From Daphnia carinata (taxonomy: Eukaryota), in NCBI RefSeq assembly GCF_022539665.2, contig NC_081331.1, positions 2,170,001-2,234,000 of the forward strand: a DNA stretch of 64,000 nucleotides, given 5' to 3'. Under the pieces are notes generated by a model that was given only the letters and a program-made list of their open reading frames with translations, had not been told where the DNA came from and ran no database searches. The translations under genes and the position numbers were made by a program. The stretch's first letter is position 1; each line of letters starts with the position of its first letter. This document shows, one piece after another, positions 1-11,542 of the stretch.

Positions 1-1
1 G

Positions 2-109
2 CGACAGCTTCATGGAATGGCCTACAATCCGTTCACTAACAAATGGCATTGGTCCAAATGCACTAGTGTCAACTATGCTCTTCACGCTACAAAATCAGTT
101 CACAATTAG
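2..109 (+). CDS. COQ3: 3' end (last exon) of a COQ3-type ubiquinone O-methyltransferase paralog (COQ3a); gene starts upstream of the window
   Basis: Frame 2..109 reads RQLHGMAYNPFTNKWHWSKCTSVNYALHATKSVHN*. This aligns without gaps to the last exon of the COQ3 gene at 5618-5741 ([32 protein letters not shown]) and carries the YNP...W...(V/I)NY C-terminal signature of COQ3/UbiG. Too short for the ORF track. Confidence 0.85.
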   Translation, partial: RQLHGMAYNPFTNKWHWSKCTSVNYALHATKSVHN

Positions 110-523
110 CGTCTAACCTTACGAAAGATCTGGATTGTTATTGTTTTTCGAATACTAGGTTACCATTATGAACCTTAACGGTGGTTTGTGTTATATTTTA
201 TACTTAGTTGAACATCCGGCAATAGCTCATTGTTAATAAAAGAAAAAAATTGTTGAATGGAATACATGAGGTGCGTGGCATTAAAAAAACACTATTGTTT
301 TTTAGTAAATGGATGCAACTGCTTCAACATATGTTCACTTTGTCGTCTCGCGTTACAAGCGGTCAAATCAGGAAGAGCGCAGGGTTACATGAATTTCATT
401 TACGATACACTTCAGTTTGTTTAACGTGATGCGATTAAACTTTACCGTACAGCTTGGTGTTAAAAACCCCTTGATTCTTCGAATTTTCGCGCTGCCACGT
501 CAGCCAAGAGTTCCAGCAAAGAA

Positions 524-1382
524 TTAAATATCACGGGCTTTAATCGGTAATGCAGCACCGTAACGTTTTTTTGCCTCTGCTTTGTAAGCACTAACCATTT
601 CCCTTATAACTAGGTGTGAGAACATCTGTGAAATTTGCGTGTGCAATAACGAACGGAATTCATATGACAAGTAAAAGTCAAGCGTGCAAGTGTTAGGGTT
701 TCCGTTAAGTCCAGGACTGAATTTCCAGATTGTCACCATGTCTTTGAACAGACCCCCATCCACGCTCACCGACTTTACAAATGTTGGTGAAGCTAGCGTG
801 AAACTGCATGCACAACTTTCTGCTCCAAAAGGTGGAAATCTAAATGATAAATCGGCTGTCAGATGGTGAGGCGTTTTTTGGGATGTGACTACTGAACTTG
901 TACAGTACGGAATAAAATCCTTGTAATGCTCAACGTCAGAGACAATATTAAATAGTTGCTCCACAGAATACCTGCAAAAATGTATAATCTTCAATTAATA
1001 AAAAAAAATTGTTGGCCGACAAATTGTCTACCCTAATAATATTTTTTCAGAATAATTCTTTTTTCCGTTTTCCATTTGCAGCCCAACCGGTAGTTTAAAG
1101 CCACGGTTTGGGATAAATAGGTTCGTTGTTTTAAATTCTCTATGAAATAAACGTGAAGGGAAATTTTCCTCCTGCCATTGTCCAGCAGCTTGTGTTGCAA
1201 TGCATTGAGTATGAACGCATTTTCTACAGAAAATAAAAGGTAAAACTTTCAGCCAAGATATCGATTGAATGAAAAATGATTACAATAATTTACCTGGAAA
1301 ACGAAATCACGTTCTTCCTTGTTAGTTGCGTTTTACAACCATGAAAAATGACAGCTAGAGGTGAAGAGTAGCTTTTTAACAT
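524..1382 (-). CDS. COQ10: Coenzyme Q-binding protein COQ10 (START/polyketide cyclase fold), 3 coding exons (~1294-1382, ~1032-1223, 524-~971)
   Basis: ORF 524..994 has YSVEQLFNIVSDVEHYKDFIPYCTSSVV, LFKDMVTIWKFSPG, CTLDFYLSYEFRSLLH and MVSAYKAEAKKRYG, typical of COQ10/RatA. Two upstream GT-AG exons splice in frame to give MLKSYSSPLAVIFHGCKTQLTRKNVISFSR... (mitochondrial-presequence-like) and KKNYSEKILLG. Confidence 0.9.
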
Positions 1383-2721
1383 TTATTTTTTTTCACTAGC
1401 GATCAAGGCAAAAATATTGTTTTCCTGCAAATCGAGAAGCAATTTTTGGTTATAGAATATATTAACTCACACACTCCAGTTAAAATTCAGGGCTCTAATA
1501 TGACGTAGGCCTATTACATACACAGATAGGTAATGCAAAGCAGTCGAAACTGACACAAACTAGTAGTTTCCACGGTGCTGGTTGAAAAACGACTGACCAA
1601 TGCCTTTTTCCAATCAAGCCACTCAGTTCTCCAGCGTATCGTTTTATAAAAACCTGTACGAGCAGTAAAATGGATCCCACCTGATATGCACTCAGAAAGA
1701 GAACAGCGCTGGACTAAGAATAGAAATACAACAAAAAAGCTAACACGGCGGGTCAGATATCCTCTAGTGATATTCTCTCTTTTTCATGAAAAAATATTTG
1801 GTTGATCCAACAATTATTTTTCAAACTTTTTTAAGCTAGTAAAAAAAGGAACAAAAAAAGTGAACAACCGGTTGCTATCTGGGGCAACCTCGTCGTTCAG
1901 GACAGAACATTCAACTTGTGAACTTTCAGCCGTGTTCCCTTATAATTTTTACGGACAGAACGAATATTTGTTATTTAACTCAAGAGAGTGTTCCACGTGC
2001 AGTTGAAATTATGCTTAGGTATACTTTTACTTAAACAGGAATCAAGTTACAAGTTGTGCTACATAGGAACGTTGAGCAATGTTAGTAACTGGTTGTTACA
2101 AACTTGTTTTAAAAATAGAAGAAAGGTATGTTAGGCAGTTGGGCAATTGGGAGTTGGGAAGCTTTGCTTACTTTTTGGGTTTTCCCTATCGGGCAAAGGA
2201 TACAACTTAAATTCGAAAGATACGTTGGGCTAGGTTAGTGGTGGCTCACGGAGTCATACGTGTATGAAAAAGTAGAACATAAAGTAAAAAACAAAAAAAT
2301 ACAGGAACCATCTAGATCAGAGTAACTTTCATAGCTTTATTCATTGGATTTGTTTTGCAAAACCAACCTGCGGATACTGGATAGACGGAATTTTTAATGA
2401 GCATGAAACCGATTTTCACTCAAAACTTTCCAAAATCACGACATAACTATTTGGTTGCAGCAAGTTGTGAAATAAGAATACGTACGAAACGGACAATTTC
2501 CAGTTTATGTAGTGTTCTATGTAGATAAACGACTGAAGTTACCATATGTATTGATGCCAGCGCAAATATAAAATGTGCAATAAACCGATAGCTTGTCCGA
2601 CGACACAGTTGTTGGTTAAGCTTATTCAGAAACTTCATAATATTTAAGAACAAAGTTCCCCCTTAAATACTCCATTGTACAGTAGTCTTAGAATTAGGTA
2701 AAGAAAGAAATGTTTAGCGTG

Positions 2722-4112
2722 TTATAGTTTAATTGCTTTCAGAGTCAGGTTTTCTTCCTCGATCGAGCGAGCTAATGCCGTTACATTACCGGCTCCGAAT
2801 CCTCGCGCCCCTTTCCTCTGCATCACTTCCATGAAAAATGTTTCCTCGTTGAACAACGGTGTTGTAAAAATTTGCAGAAGATACCTGTCCGACACAGACA
2901 TAAGAATCATCCCTGCACGGCCACGTGAAGATCATAATATAAATTTACTTGTCACGACTAGTTATATCTGCGGTATCCGCTTCAGAATCAAGGAGAATAC
3001 CCAACCGCTGAAATTCGTCAATGCTATAACCTGCCGCTTGAATTTCTTTTCTTTTCCTTTCCTGAAAACAAACGAATTCCCGTCTAGTACATTAAAACTC
3101 AGGAAGGTATTTGCGTTCTTATGAATGTCATACATTTTGATAATAGGCTTTAGGTGGTGCCCGGAATTGAACTTGTTTGCGAATCATGGCATCTACGCAG
3201 CTTGTGACATCATTTGTGGCGAGCCCTATGTGTTGAAGACCCGGCCCACCATGACCTTCGAGAAAGGCACTGATATGAGCATTCTCTGTTTCAACATGCA
3301 TCAATATTTAAAAACGATTACATAACTCGTCCTAATGCACACTAACGAAAACAAATACCGTTCTCTGGAAGAGATTCAGCGATTACGATTTTTAATGACG
3401 TGTCGTCCATTGCGTCAGGATTTGCATTAGAAATTCCGGATTCGGCACAGGGCCAGTAATCCATAACGCGCAGTCTCATTCCCACTCCACCCTTGATTAC
3501 TAGACCCTCATTCAAGTCTTCGGTTGGATTCATTTGAAATTTTTGCATGCCGAGGCAATTCTGATACCATTTGATGATGTTCTGGGATTCACCGGGACGG
3601 CACACATAAGTCAGGTGATCAACATGTGTAAAAGGCTCTTCACCTCGGGCTGCAACAGATTCTTGAAATGTCGGAAGGAATGATCCCTGGTATTGCGATT
3701 TGTCCAGGAGAGTGTGGATGATATTGCCACAGCAGGATCCAACAATTGAATATCTTACTTTTCCCGCTTTGTCTTCTACTTCTGTTACCGGATGGAATAG
3801 CATTCCTCCATCTTTTTGCATTTTGTTTGTGACATGTTCCAGGTTTTTTACTTCCAACGCAACGTTAAAAACGGTATCAACCTGATTAACTGAGGACGAG
3901 AAATGAGAAAATGGCACAAATTCCGGACGATAAAGTTTCTTATTTTCTGTGACGAGGAAAATGGATTTATGGCTTCCGATCACCCACTGTGTGTTCACTG
4001 CTGTTTCTCTTCGACCTCTGAGAGAATATCCAAGTTTGTCCAAAAAATATGATGCGATTTTTTTTCCATTAGAAACGCCCAACTCGATGTGGTGTAACGC
4101 ACTTGACCGCAT
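2722..4112 (-). CDS. HPDL: 4-hydroxyphenylpyruvate dioxygenase-like protein (HPDL), 4 coding exons (3359-4112, 3134-3285, ~2949-3061, 2722-~2885); possible upstream in-frame exon from ATG 4322
   Basis: VOC-fold HPPD family with iron-ligand motifs HVDHLTYVC, GHGGPGLQHIGL and FFMEVMQR, plus C-terminal GFGAGNVTALARSI. DHLT..C, IVIAESLP and FRAPPKAYY resemble HPDL rather than canonical HPD (DHIVGN, GNF..LF). Confidence 0.85.
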
Positions 4113-4717
4113 CTTAAAAGAAAAGATGAAGAAACGTTAAACAAATCCTTGCTTTATTTGCTGCGTCTAAAATACTAATGTCTGGGCGACAGAAGCAACT
4201 TTTGGGACTGTCAGGAGTCTTGTAAAGCCATGTTTACAATTACGTGTTTCATAAACGAGTCCAGTTTTCTTCAAAAGGTCGTCCCGATTAGAACGGGATT
4301 TTTTTTTCTCAGCTTCACGCATTCGAAATAAGTTGGATGCCTGCGGTCATCCAACTTGCTTAACATTATTATTCTACACTGCTGGCGAAATAAAAGTTTT
4401 GGCTGTATCCAATTGGTTTGGACCAGTAGGTAAAGCATAAGCCACTTTCTATTCAATACGAAAAAACAGGCTGCAGTCATAGATTAACAACCCAAAGTAC
4501 CAAAAAATTAGATTTTTGTAAACAACCGAAAAAAAACCTGAATCGGAAAGCGACAATTTTTGTCATTTTCAGTTGTTGACTCCTTCTAGTCGGTCACGAG
4601 CAAGCATTTTCTTACTGTTACGTAATCCTTGCCTGTTGCTTTATACTGTTGTTGGGAAAAACGCAATCTGTTTCCCCACGTTTCTTCATTGTTATCGTTT
4701 TCAGCAAGAAATTTAAA

Positions 4718-5741
4718 ATGATGTGTTTTAAACGAGTGATAACTACAAATCAACGTTTCTGTAGAAATATTTCTCTGAAATCAACAGTAAGTGTTGAAGA
4801 GCTTCAAAAGTTCATGGCAAACAATTGGTGGGACGCTGACGGACCAGCCAAGCCCTTATACTCGTTCAATAAACTAAGGTGATTTATCGATACTATGTTT
4901 TAAAATATACCAACCCATGTAGAACTCTTTTTAAAAAATGTTTTCATTCCACAGAGTACCTTTTGTTGAACGAGGCATTCGGTCTTGTCAAAAATCAGTC
5001 GTGGCAAAGGCCACCTTGGAAAGCCCTTTAGTCGGATGCAAAATATTAGACGTCGGATGCGGTGCGGGCATTTTGAGCGAAAGTCTAAGTCGCTTAGGGG
5101 CGAATGTTACAGGAATTGATCCGAACGAAAATAGCATTGGTGTAGCTCTTGAACGCGCCCAAAAAATGAAGCTTAAAAATGTCTCTTATGCAGTCAAAAC
5201 TGTTGAAGATGTCAACCCGCCTAATGCTGTTTCACCAACTCTCTTTGACGCTATCGTCGCATCGGAAGTTATAGAACATGTGGAAAACCAAAAATTGTTT
5301 ATAAAGAAATGCATTGAACTCCTAAAGGTATTAGATTTCTGGAATCCCAATCGCTCTATTAGGAAATAAAAACGCCGATCCTTTGCTAAAGCCAGGAGGT
5401 TCTTTATTTGTAACCACCCAAAATAGGACTGCTGCTTCTTGGGTCTTCGTCATCTTTGGAGCGGAATACGTTCTTAATATCGTACCAAGAGGGACCCATG
5501 ACTGGGCAAAGTTTCTTACCCCGGACGAGCTCATTTTTGAAGCCGAAGAAAGTATACGATTCAAGAATATTTACTTTTAAAAATGGACTTAATTATATTT
5601 TGGCGTGATCTTTTAGATAATTGTCAACTACGACAGCTTCGGGGCTATTTCTACAATCCGATCGCTGATAACTGGACTTGGTCTAAAGACACAAGCATCA
5701 ATTATGCCCTACACGTACAAAAATCAAGTCATGGCAAGTGA
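4718..5741 (+). CDS. COQ3: Ubiquinone biosynthesis O-methyltransferase COQ3 (COQ3b), 4 exons (4718-4878, 4955-5327, 5392-5551, 5618-5741)
   Basis: [25 protein letters not shown] motif [78 protein letters not shown] and YNP..W..INY. GT-AG introns join these in frame. Confidence 0.92.
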
Positions 5742-7410
5742 TAAACAATGCATGGAAATGTCAAATAGTCTACGTGACCTCGGGGATGACAACCGCGAAA
5801 AACGATGATCATGAGTGATGGTCATTTTACAACTTCTGTGAAATAAATCACTTACGCTACGATTTTAAACCCCAATTCTAATTTTTTTGAAAGAGCTTCG
5901 GTGCTTAGCATAAACACATTCTAAGAAAAAATATATGGTTCTATGTCGTAACTGGTACAGGTGTACCGCACAAAAGTCCCGCTTTTGATGCTGAACTAGC
6001 ATCCGTTAGACTACTTTTTCAAATATCCGTTTTATCCGATGTTACGTAAGCGATCCAGCATCCGCGCTGTAATCCGCGTCAGCTCTCACACCCCATTTTA
6101 AACGAAAAATTACTACTTTCTTGTTGCTCAAAAATTTAGTGAGGGATAAGCATTGTCCTATCATAATTCATACAGAGAGCAACCATAGTCTACGTAACTT
6201 GAATGAAGAAGCAATCAGCATATCAGGGAATTTTTTTACTTACCGGAAAGAGTGGCGAGGAATCCTTTGTCGTGTGCAGCGCCGAGTACATCGGGTTTGA
6301 CGTCTCTGCGAGAGCTTAAGAGTTCCGCCTATGCTTCTCTGAAAAGACAAAATCATTAGAAACGGGCTTCAGAACATTCAACTGCTTTTAAAGACTTACA
6401 ATTTGCCTTCGGTGTACGAAACACGCGTTGAACAACAACAAAAATGTTGTTTATCAACCATCATGTCCTACATTCACAGATATAATCTTCCAGGCACGAA
6501 CTAGTACGCAATAATGTCTGCAAACTGGCAATGCAATGGAAAAGAAATTAGAATAGCCATATCACAGCACGAAATCACTGCCAGCATCTGCAATGTTGTT
6601 GCGTTTCTCTAACACAAGTGCAAAAAAACATGCCGATTTGCATTACACGTTTGACTGATATGTACCACAGATTCGGCACAAGACAAAGCAAATAACTATG
6701 AGCCCGACTGAAACACTGGCTGCAGCAGGACTAAAAAGTTGAATGACATTTTTGGAGTGTGAGACAAGGAGGCCAAGGTGGGGTAAGAAACTACTGCTTC
6801 AAACAAAAAAACGACACGTGTAGCCTATGTTTTTGTATTTTCCATTCCACAACTCTAAATTTTCATCGACACATGGTTTGCAAGGACACAGGTATGAACG
6901 ATAGGCGTGGAGGATGGGTGATCATTTTAAGGAAACGTAGGTCGTCGAAGCTTGAAAGTCACTAGAACACCTAAATTCGACTTCAGTTGCCATCGGCATC
7001 CCTGTGATCCATAACGTATTGAACGGTAACTTAACAGGCACTATATACATTAGCACTTGTTACAGGCCTGATTACTGACAATATAATTCCTACATTTGTC
7101 TGGTTGGTTTTTTTCTGACGATTGCTTTCACAGCTTTGCCCTCACGAAGTTTTACTGCAGACGGTTCGTGACGTGCACCAAATGCGTACCTAATGAAATT
7201 AATAGATTTATTGTGATTCTCAATAAGTACAAGGAGGACACAAAAAGAGATATCTGAAAGAAAGCATAAGGAACAAATCACGGCTTTACGTACGTTATAT
7301 TATATTATTTCAAAATGCCAAATTCTTTAAATAATTTACAATGGATAGTTACATAATACATTCATAATACATTAACTACTCGGTTATATTTACGAAGCGA
7401 ATTCATGGCA

Positions 7411-10400
7411 TCAAAACGATTTGTTCCACGGCATCTTCTTCGTCTCGTCTAACGCTGGACGTTGGATGCGATCCATACTGAGGAAAGAACGAGCCAATCG
7501 ATGGTTAATTGCTTCATTAAAAGTTCCAACAGGTAATAAGAGTTTTACCGGCTGCTGTTCTTCGGAAAACATCTCTTCAGCAGGAGCTATGAGATCCAGC
7601 GTTTGATGAGATAGCAATGACAAAGATCGAAGTAAAGGTGCCGTTGAATCTATCGAAAAATTAAGCGATGGAGGTCCACAGCTACACGCTCCCGGACAAC
7701 CGCAATCCGATTCTTTGGGAAGAAATTCGGTTTCATTAACCTCTGCAACCGGTGCATAATTACTACTCTCTCGTGTTGGCACCGCTGCGTCTTCTTCTAC
7801 CAATCGAACGATGTGGAACGGACTGTCAAGATTAATCTCATAAGGCGGTGGAGGACTGGTTGGAACGAAAGAATCAATGGTATGAAGACGACTCGGCAGA
7901 ACGGGAGACAAAAGCTGCACGGGGGTACGTCGGACCCGATTACGTTGTGGGGTTGAATTTCGTGAGCGAGCAGGTGTGGAAGACCTAGACGATGTCGGGG
8001 TAGCATTCAGCAATTCCGCTCCGCCCGTTGAACATCGAGAGTGCCTCATCAGCTCCCGTCGTCTTCTGTTACCAGGTGTTGGTGTCGGCATCACTGAAAC
8101 TCTTCCACTTTCGCAGATATTGCTACTTGTCCTGCAAATATCAGTAAACATCTTTTCTTAGTTTACCTAGAATCACAGTAATCGCTATCAAGTTTCACTT
8201 TTCCAACTCAGCCAGTTTGCCAATCTCTGCGTAATCGGGCGGTGCTTCGTAGCTTGGTGGGTTTTCTATTTCAACCTCACGCTCGTCTGAATTGTTGACT
8301 AGATTTGCAAGAAAATAACAATTTTAAGCAATTCGCCTTTCACTTCTAATACGTACTTATTTGGGAACGGATAAAATCTAGTCGGGCTTGTCGTTCTCTC
8401 ATCAGTTGTGAATGAGATGACATGCGATAGAGTAATGCCAATATGCTGGCAATAAAAAGAACGACACCTGTAACCAATTGATTTGATTACGTTTAATTTT
8501 ATGCTGAAACGTTGTTATGTTAACCTATACCTAAGGTGGCAACGAGGAGGACAAACGAAGTGGCACCAAAGTCACCGTAACTGCTTATTTTCGGAAAATA
8601 ATATTTCGGTGTATGTGTCATCCACCATGTAGGATCTTTTGAAGGCAACACGCAATCGAGTTAGGAGATAGTTAATCCATTTCAGCAATAATATTACGAC
8701 TAATATACCTTTATCGCTACAACTTGTTTGTTCGTCGCTGTCGTCTCCGCAATGGTTGAATCCATCACATCGCAAATCGGACGAAATGCAACGATGATTC
8801 AAACAGACAAAATCTTTCATGGCGAAGCATTCTGCGGATAACACGAATGGTCAAGATCAACTTTGTAATTTGTCTAAAGCTATTTGTGATATTATATTAG
8901 TACCGGTGTAACTAAAAACGGCGTAAGCAATGGCCATTTTGAATTCACTTGACAATCTTCCTCGCAATCGTATGTAGAAACCAACGTCTATTGGAATCAC
9001 GTATTCTGAATTCACGGACTGCGGGCTTATCTCAGTTGTTAAGGATTCCATCAACGGTGCCAGCGATATCAGCCCCTGACGGATTTCTAGCATCGTTCCT
9101 CGCTCTTTTTAAATGAGCAAACGATTACTTAGTATAGGACAGTTTTTTAAAAGAGAATTACAAAAATTATGTACCAAGACTGCTGAGTTGTTCTACTCGA
9201 ACGAGTAAATGAGATTTAGGAGTTTGCTGATAGTTTGGCACTGGTTTCATGAGCCAGATGCAGTCCTATAATAAAAAGTTTTTGTTTAATTATTTTATTG
9301 GTAAAAAGTACCGTTTAATGAAATTACATAAAGTTTGGCAGAATCCGGAGATGACATGTTGTACATGGTAATCACACCGCCATAGTCGTCCACCAACCCA
9401 CCGCAATCCGTAACAGGAATCTCGATTAACTCTGCGGATTCTATTCAAAGAAAGATGTCGTCAAAACGCTTTGTCATAGTTGATAACTTTGATAGCTTTA
9501 CCGTTAATGAATCTGTAGCTGGCTCGGTAACCGAAAGCCCTTCCGCCATTAGCGAAAAATCGGATGGTTAGCTGATTGCTGTGGATCAGGACGACTGGCG
9601 GTCGGAATAACGAACTGCCAAGTGCATACTGTCTGATTTCGTTAGCATCACTTATCTGAAAAACAAGGATAACCATTGTTCTTTATAGAAACAGCATTAA
9701 ACGAATAACAAGTCCTAATTTCAATACCTCGATGAACGATGACAATCCGAGCGCAAAATCGTCAAAAATGAGCATGATGGATCCCGTGAAAGAGGAGGAA
9801 TTGTTGTAATCGAGGTTTTGCAACTTGACTTCATTGCTGTAATCTTGCGGATAAACTGTCGGGAAATGCGGACTACTAATGTAGCCATTGTCGCCATGCC
9901 TGCCGCCAATCGTCCTTGTATTCACTGCAGCAAAGAATGTGATTAATTGTTCATCTTTCCTTTAGAGAAGGTGAAAGATCTTACCAACGGAAGCGAATTC
10001 AAGTAGGAAAGCGTAATCATAGCTACGACTAAAGACAAAATTTATCGTTAGCGTTCGGCCGACAGAATGATAATGATCCTGCGTGCGTGAATCATGCACC
10101 AACTTGAAGGACTTGCCACAAATCAGGCGTGGCGTCGAATAAAAGTTTTCTTTGATAAGTAAGTGATCGCATGCACTGTTACGAAAAGAAGGAGAAACGT
10201 ATTAATCTGTGAATTCGAGAACGATCCAGAACGAAGCCAAACAAATAGTACAAGATGGTTACGTAAACAAAAACTAATAGGATTCATTTTTAGCGTAAAA
10301 AAAAAAAAAAAATCAAGACCGTGCTATTCTTCGATAGTTTCCAAGACTTGTTCAAATTTCGTTAAGTTATTAGTTAATAGAAAGAAAAAAAAACTTACCT

Positions 10401-10877
10401 GCACCGGTTTGCGGCTGTAACATTGGCAGTGACTTCGCAACTGGGAAGATTGAGGATTTTCACTCGCATTTGAATAGAGCAAGCTGGACAAGTGGTCAGC
10501 TCTACTGAACAAAGGCGACTGTTTCCAATTCCGGCTTGCTGTTGACCATACATAGTAGAATAGTAACTGCGAGACGTGATAGAAACGATCCGGTCATAGT
10601 CGAGATTCTTGGCTATAATAGTGCCATTTTCTCCTTGGTCGAAGAAGAAACGTTTCGGTGCGTAAGGATTCTGAGTGCATATATCATGCAGCATCACATT
10701 GGTTGGAGTCGGTTGTTCCGGCAGTGCGGAACGGGCCGTAGATTTGCCTACTGTCCATAGCAGCAACAAACATCCTGATAAAAGACAATCAGTTAGTTGA
10801 AAACTATAAACAAATCGAGAAAGAAGATTCTTACCTAGAACAGACGCCAGTTTGGAATAGAACAAGCGTGTTGAGTA
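7411..10877 (-). CDS. Type I membrane protein with CUB domain(s), one LDL-receptor class A repeat, a TM helix and a long Pro/Ser/Arg-rich tail; multi-exon, start codon not located
   Basis: Signal-peptide-like LGCLLLLWTVGKSTA; CUB motifs GYISSPHFPTVYPQDY, IMLIFDDFAL, NQLTIRFFANG...GYRASYRF, DCGGLV...DCIWL; LDLa CFAMKDFVCLNHRCISSDLRCDGFNHCGDDSDE; hydrophobic segment ~8430-8560; tail ORF 7411..8151. Confidence 0.75.
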
Positions 10878-11542
10878 GCTTCAAGACAACTGAAACATCG
10901 ATGGAATATTTGCCTGCCTGATGGATGTCCACGTGAACAAAAAAAGAAAATCCAATTATCAACTCCCCAATTATTTAGCAACGGAAAAGGCCAACACCGC
11001 ATGAAATAGGCGCGTGTACCAAACTGCGCACGAAGCCAAAACAATGTCGTACGAGAAAATACCAAGCGAAATGAGTCACAGGCCAGAGGTACTCAGAATC
11101 ACAAAAAAACTGTATTTTCGCTATTGCTAATTTTAGAAACAAGACGCTGGTAATAAAAAGTTATTTCATCATTCGTTCTGAAAGAAGTTAGAATGAAAAT
11201 AATAAAAAATAAAAAATGTGTTCAGGAGGAGACAAAGATCAAATGACATGCATCAATTGTCTAGGTTGTTGCTCACAAGTCTCGCCATGGTAACTACAAT
11301 GGCACAAATACATTTGACAGTTTAATTGTGAGAAAAAAAAAAAATGATTAAAAAATAGGGAGGGGGCGTCGTGTGTTTGATTTACATCGAGAGAGAAAAC
11401 TAGACACAAAAGTGTGGACGGCATCATCATTATCGTTCAAACTGGCGAAAAGCATCAAGATCGTCAAAAGAGATACGTCGGAGAAAGATTTAATCCAATT
11501 AAGCAGTGGATAATCTCGTTAAGAAGGAAGGGAAACATTTGT

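Noticed and set aside
4885..4892. DRE-like TATCGATA in COQ3b intron 1
   Set aside because: Single 8-mer, also seen inside coding sequence elsewhere (~37388); consistent with chance.
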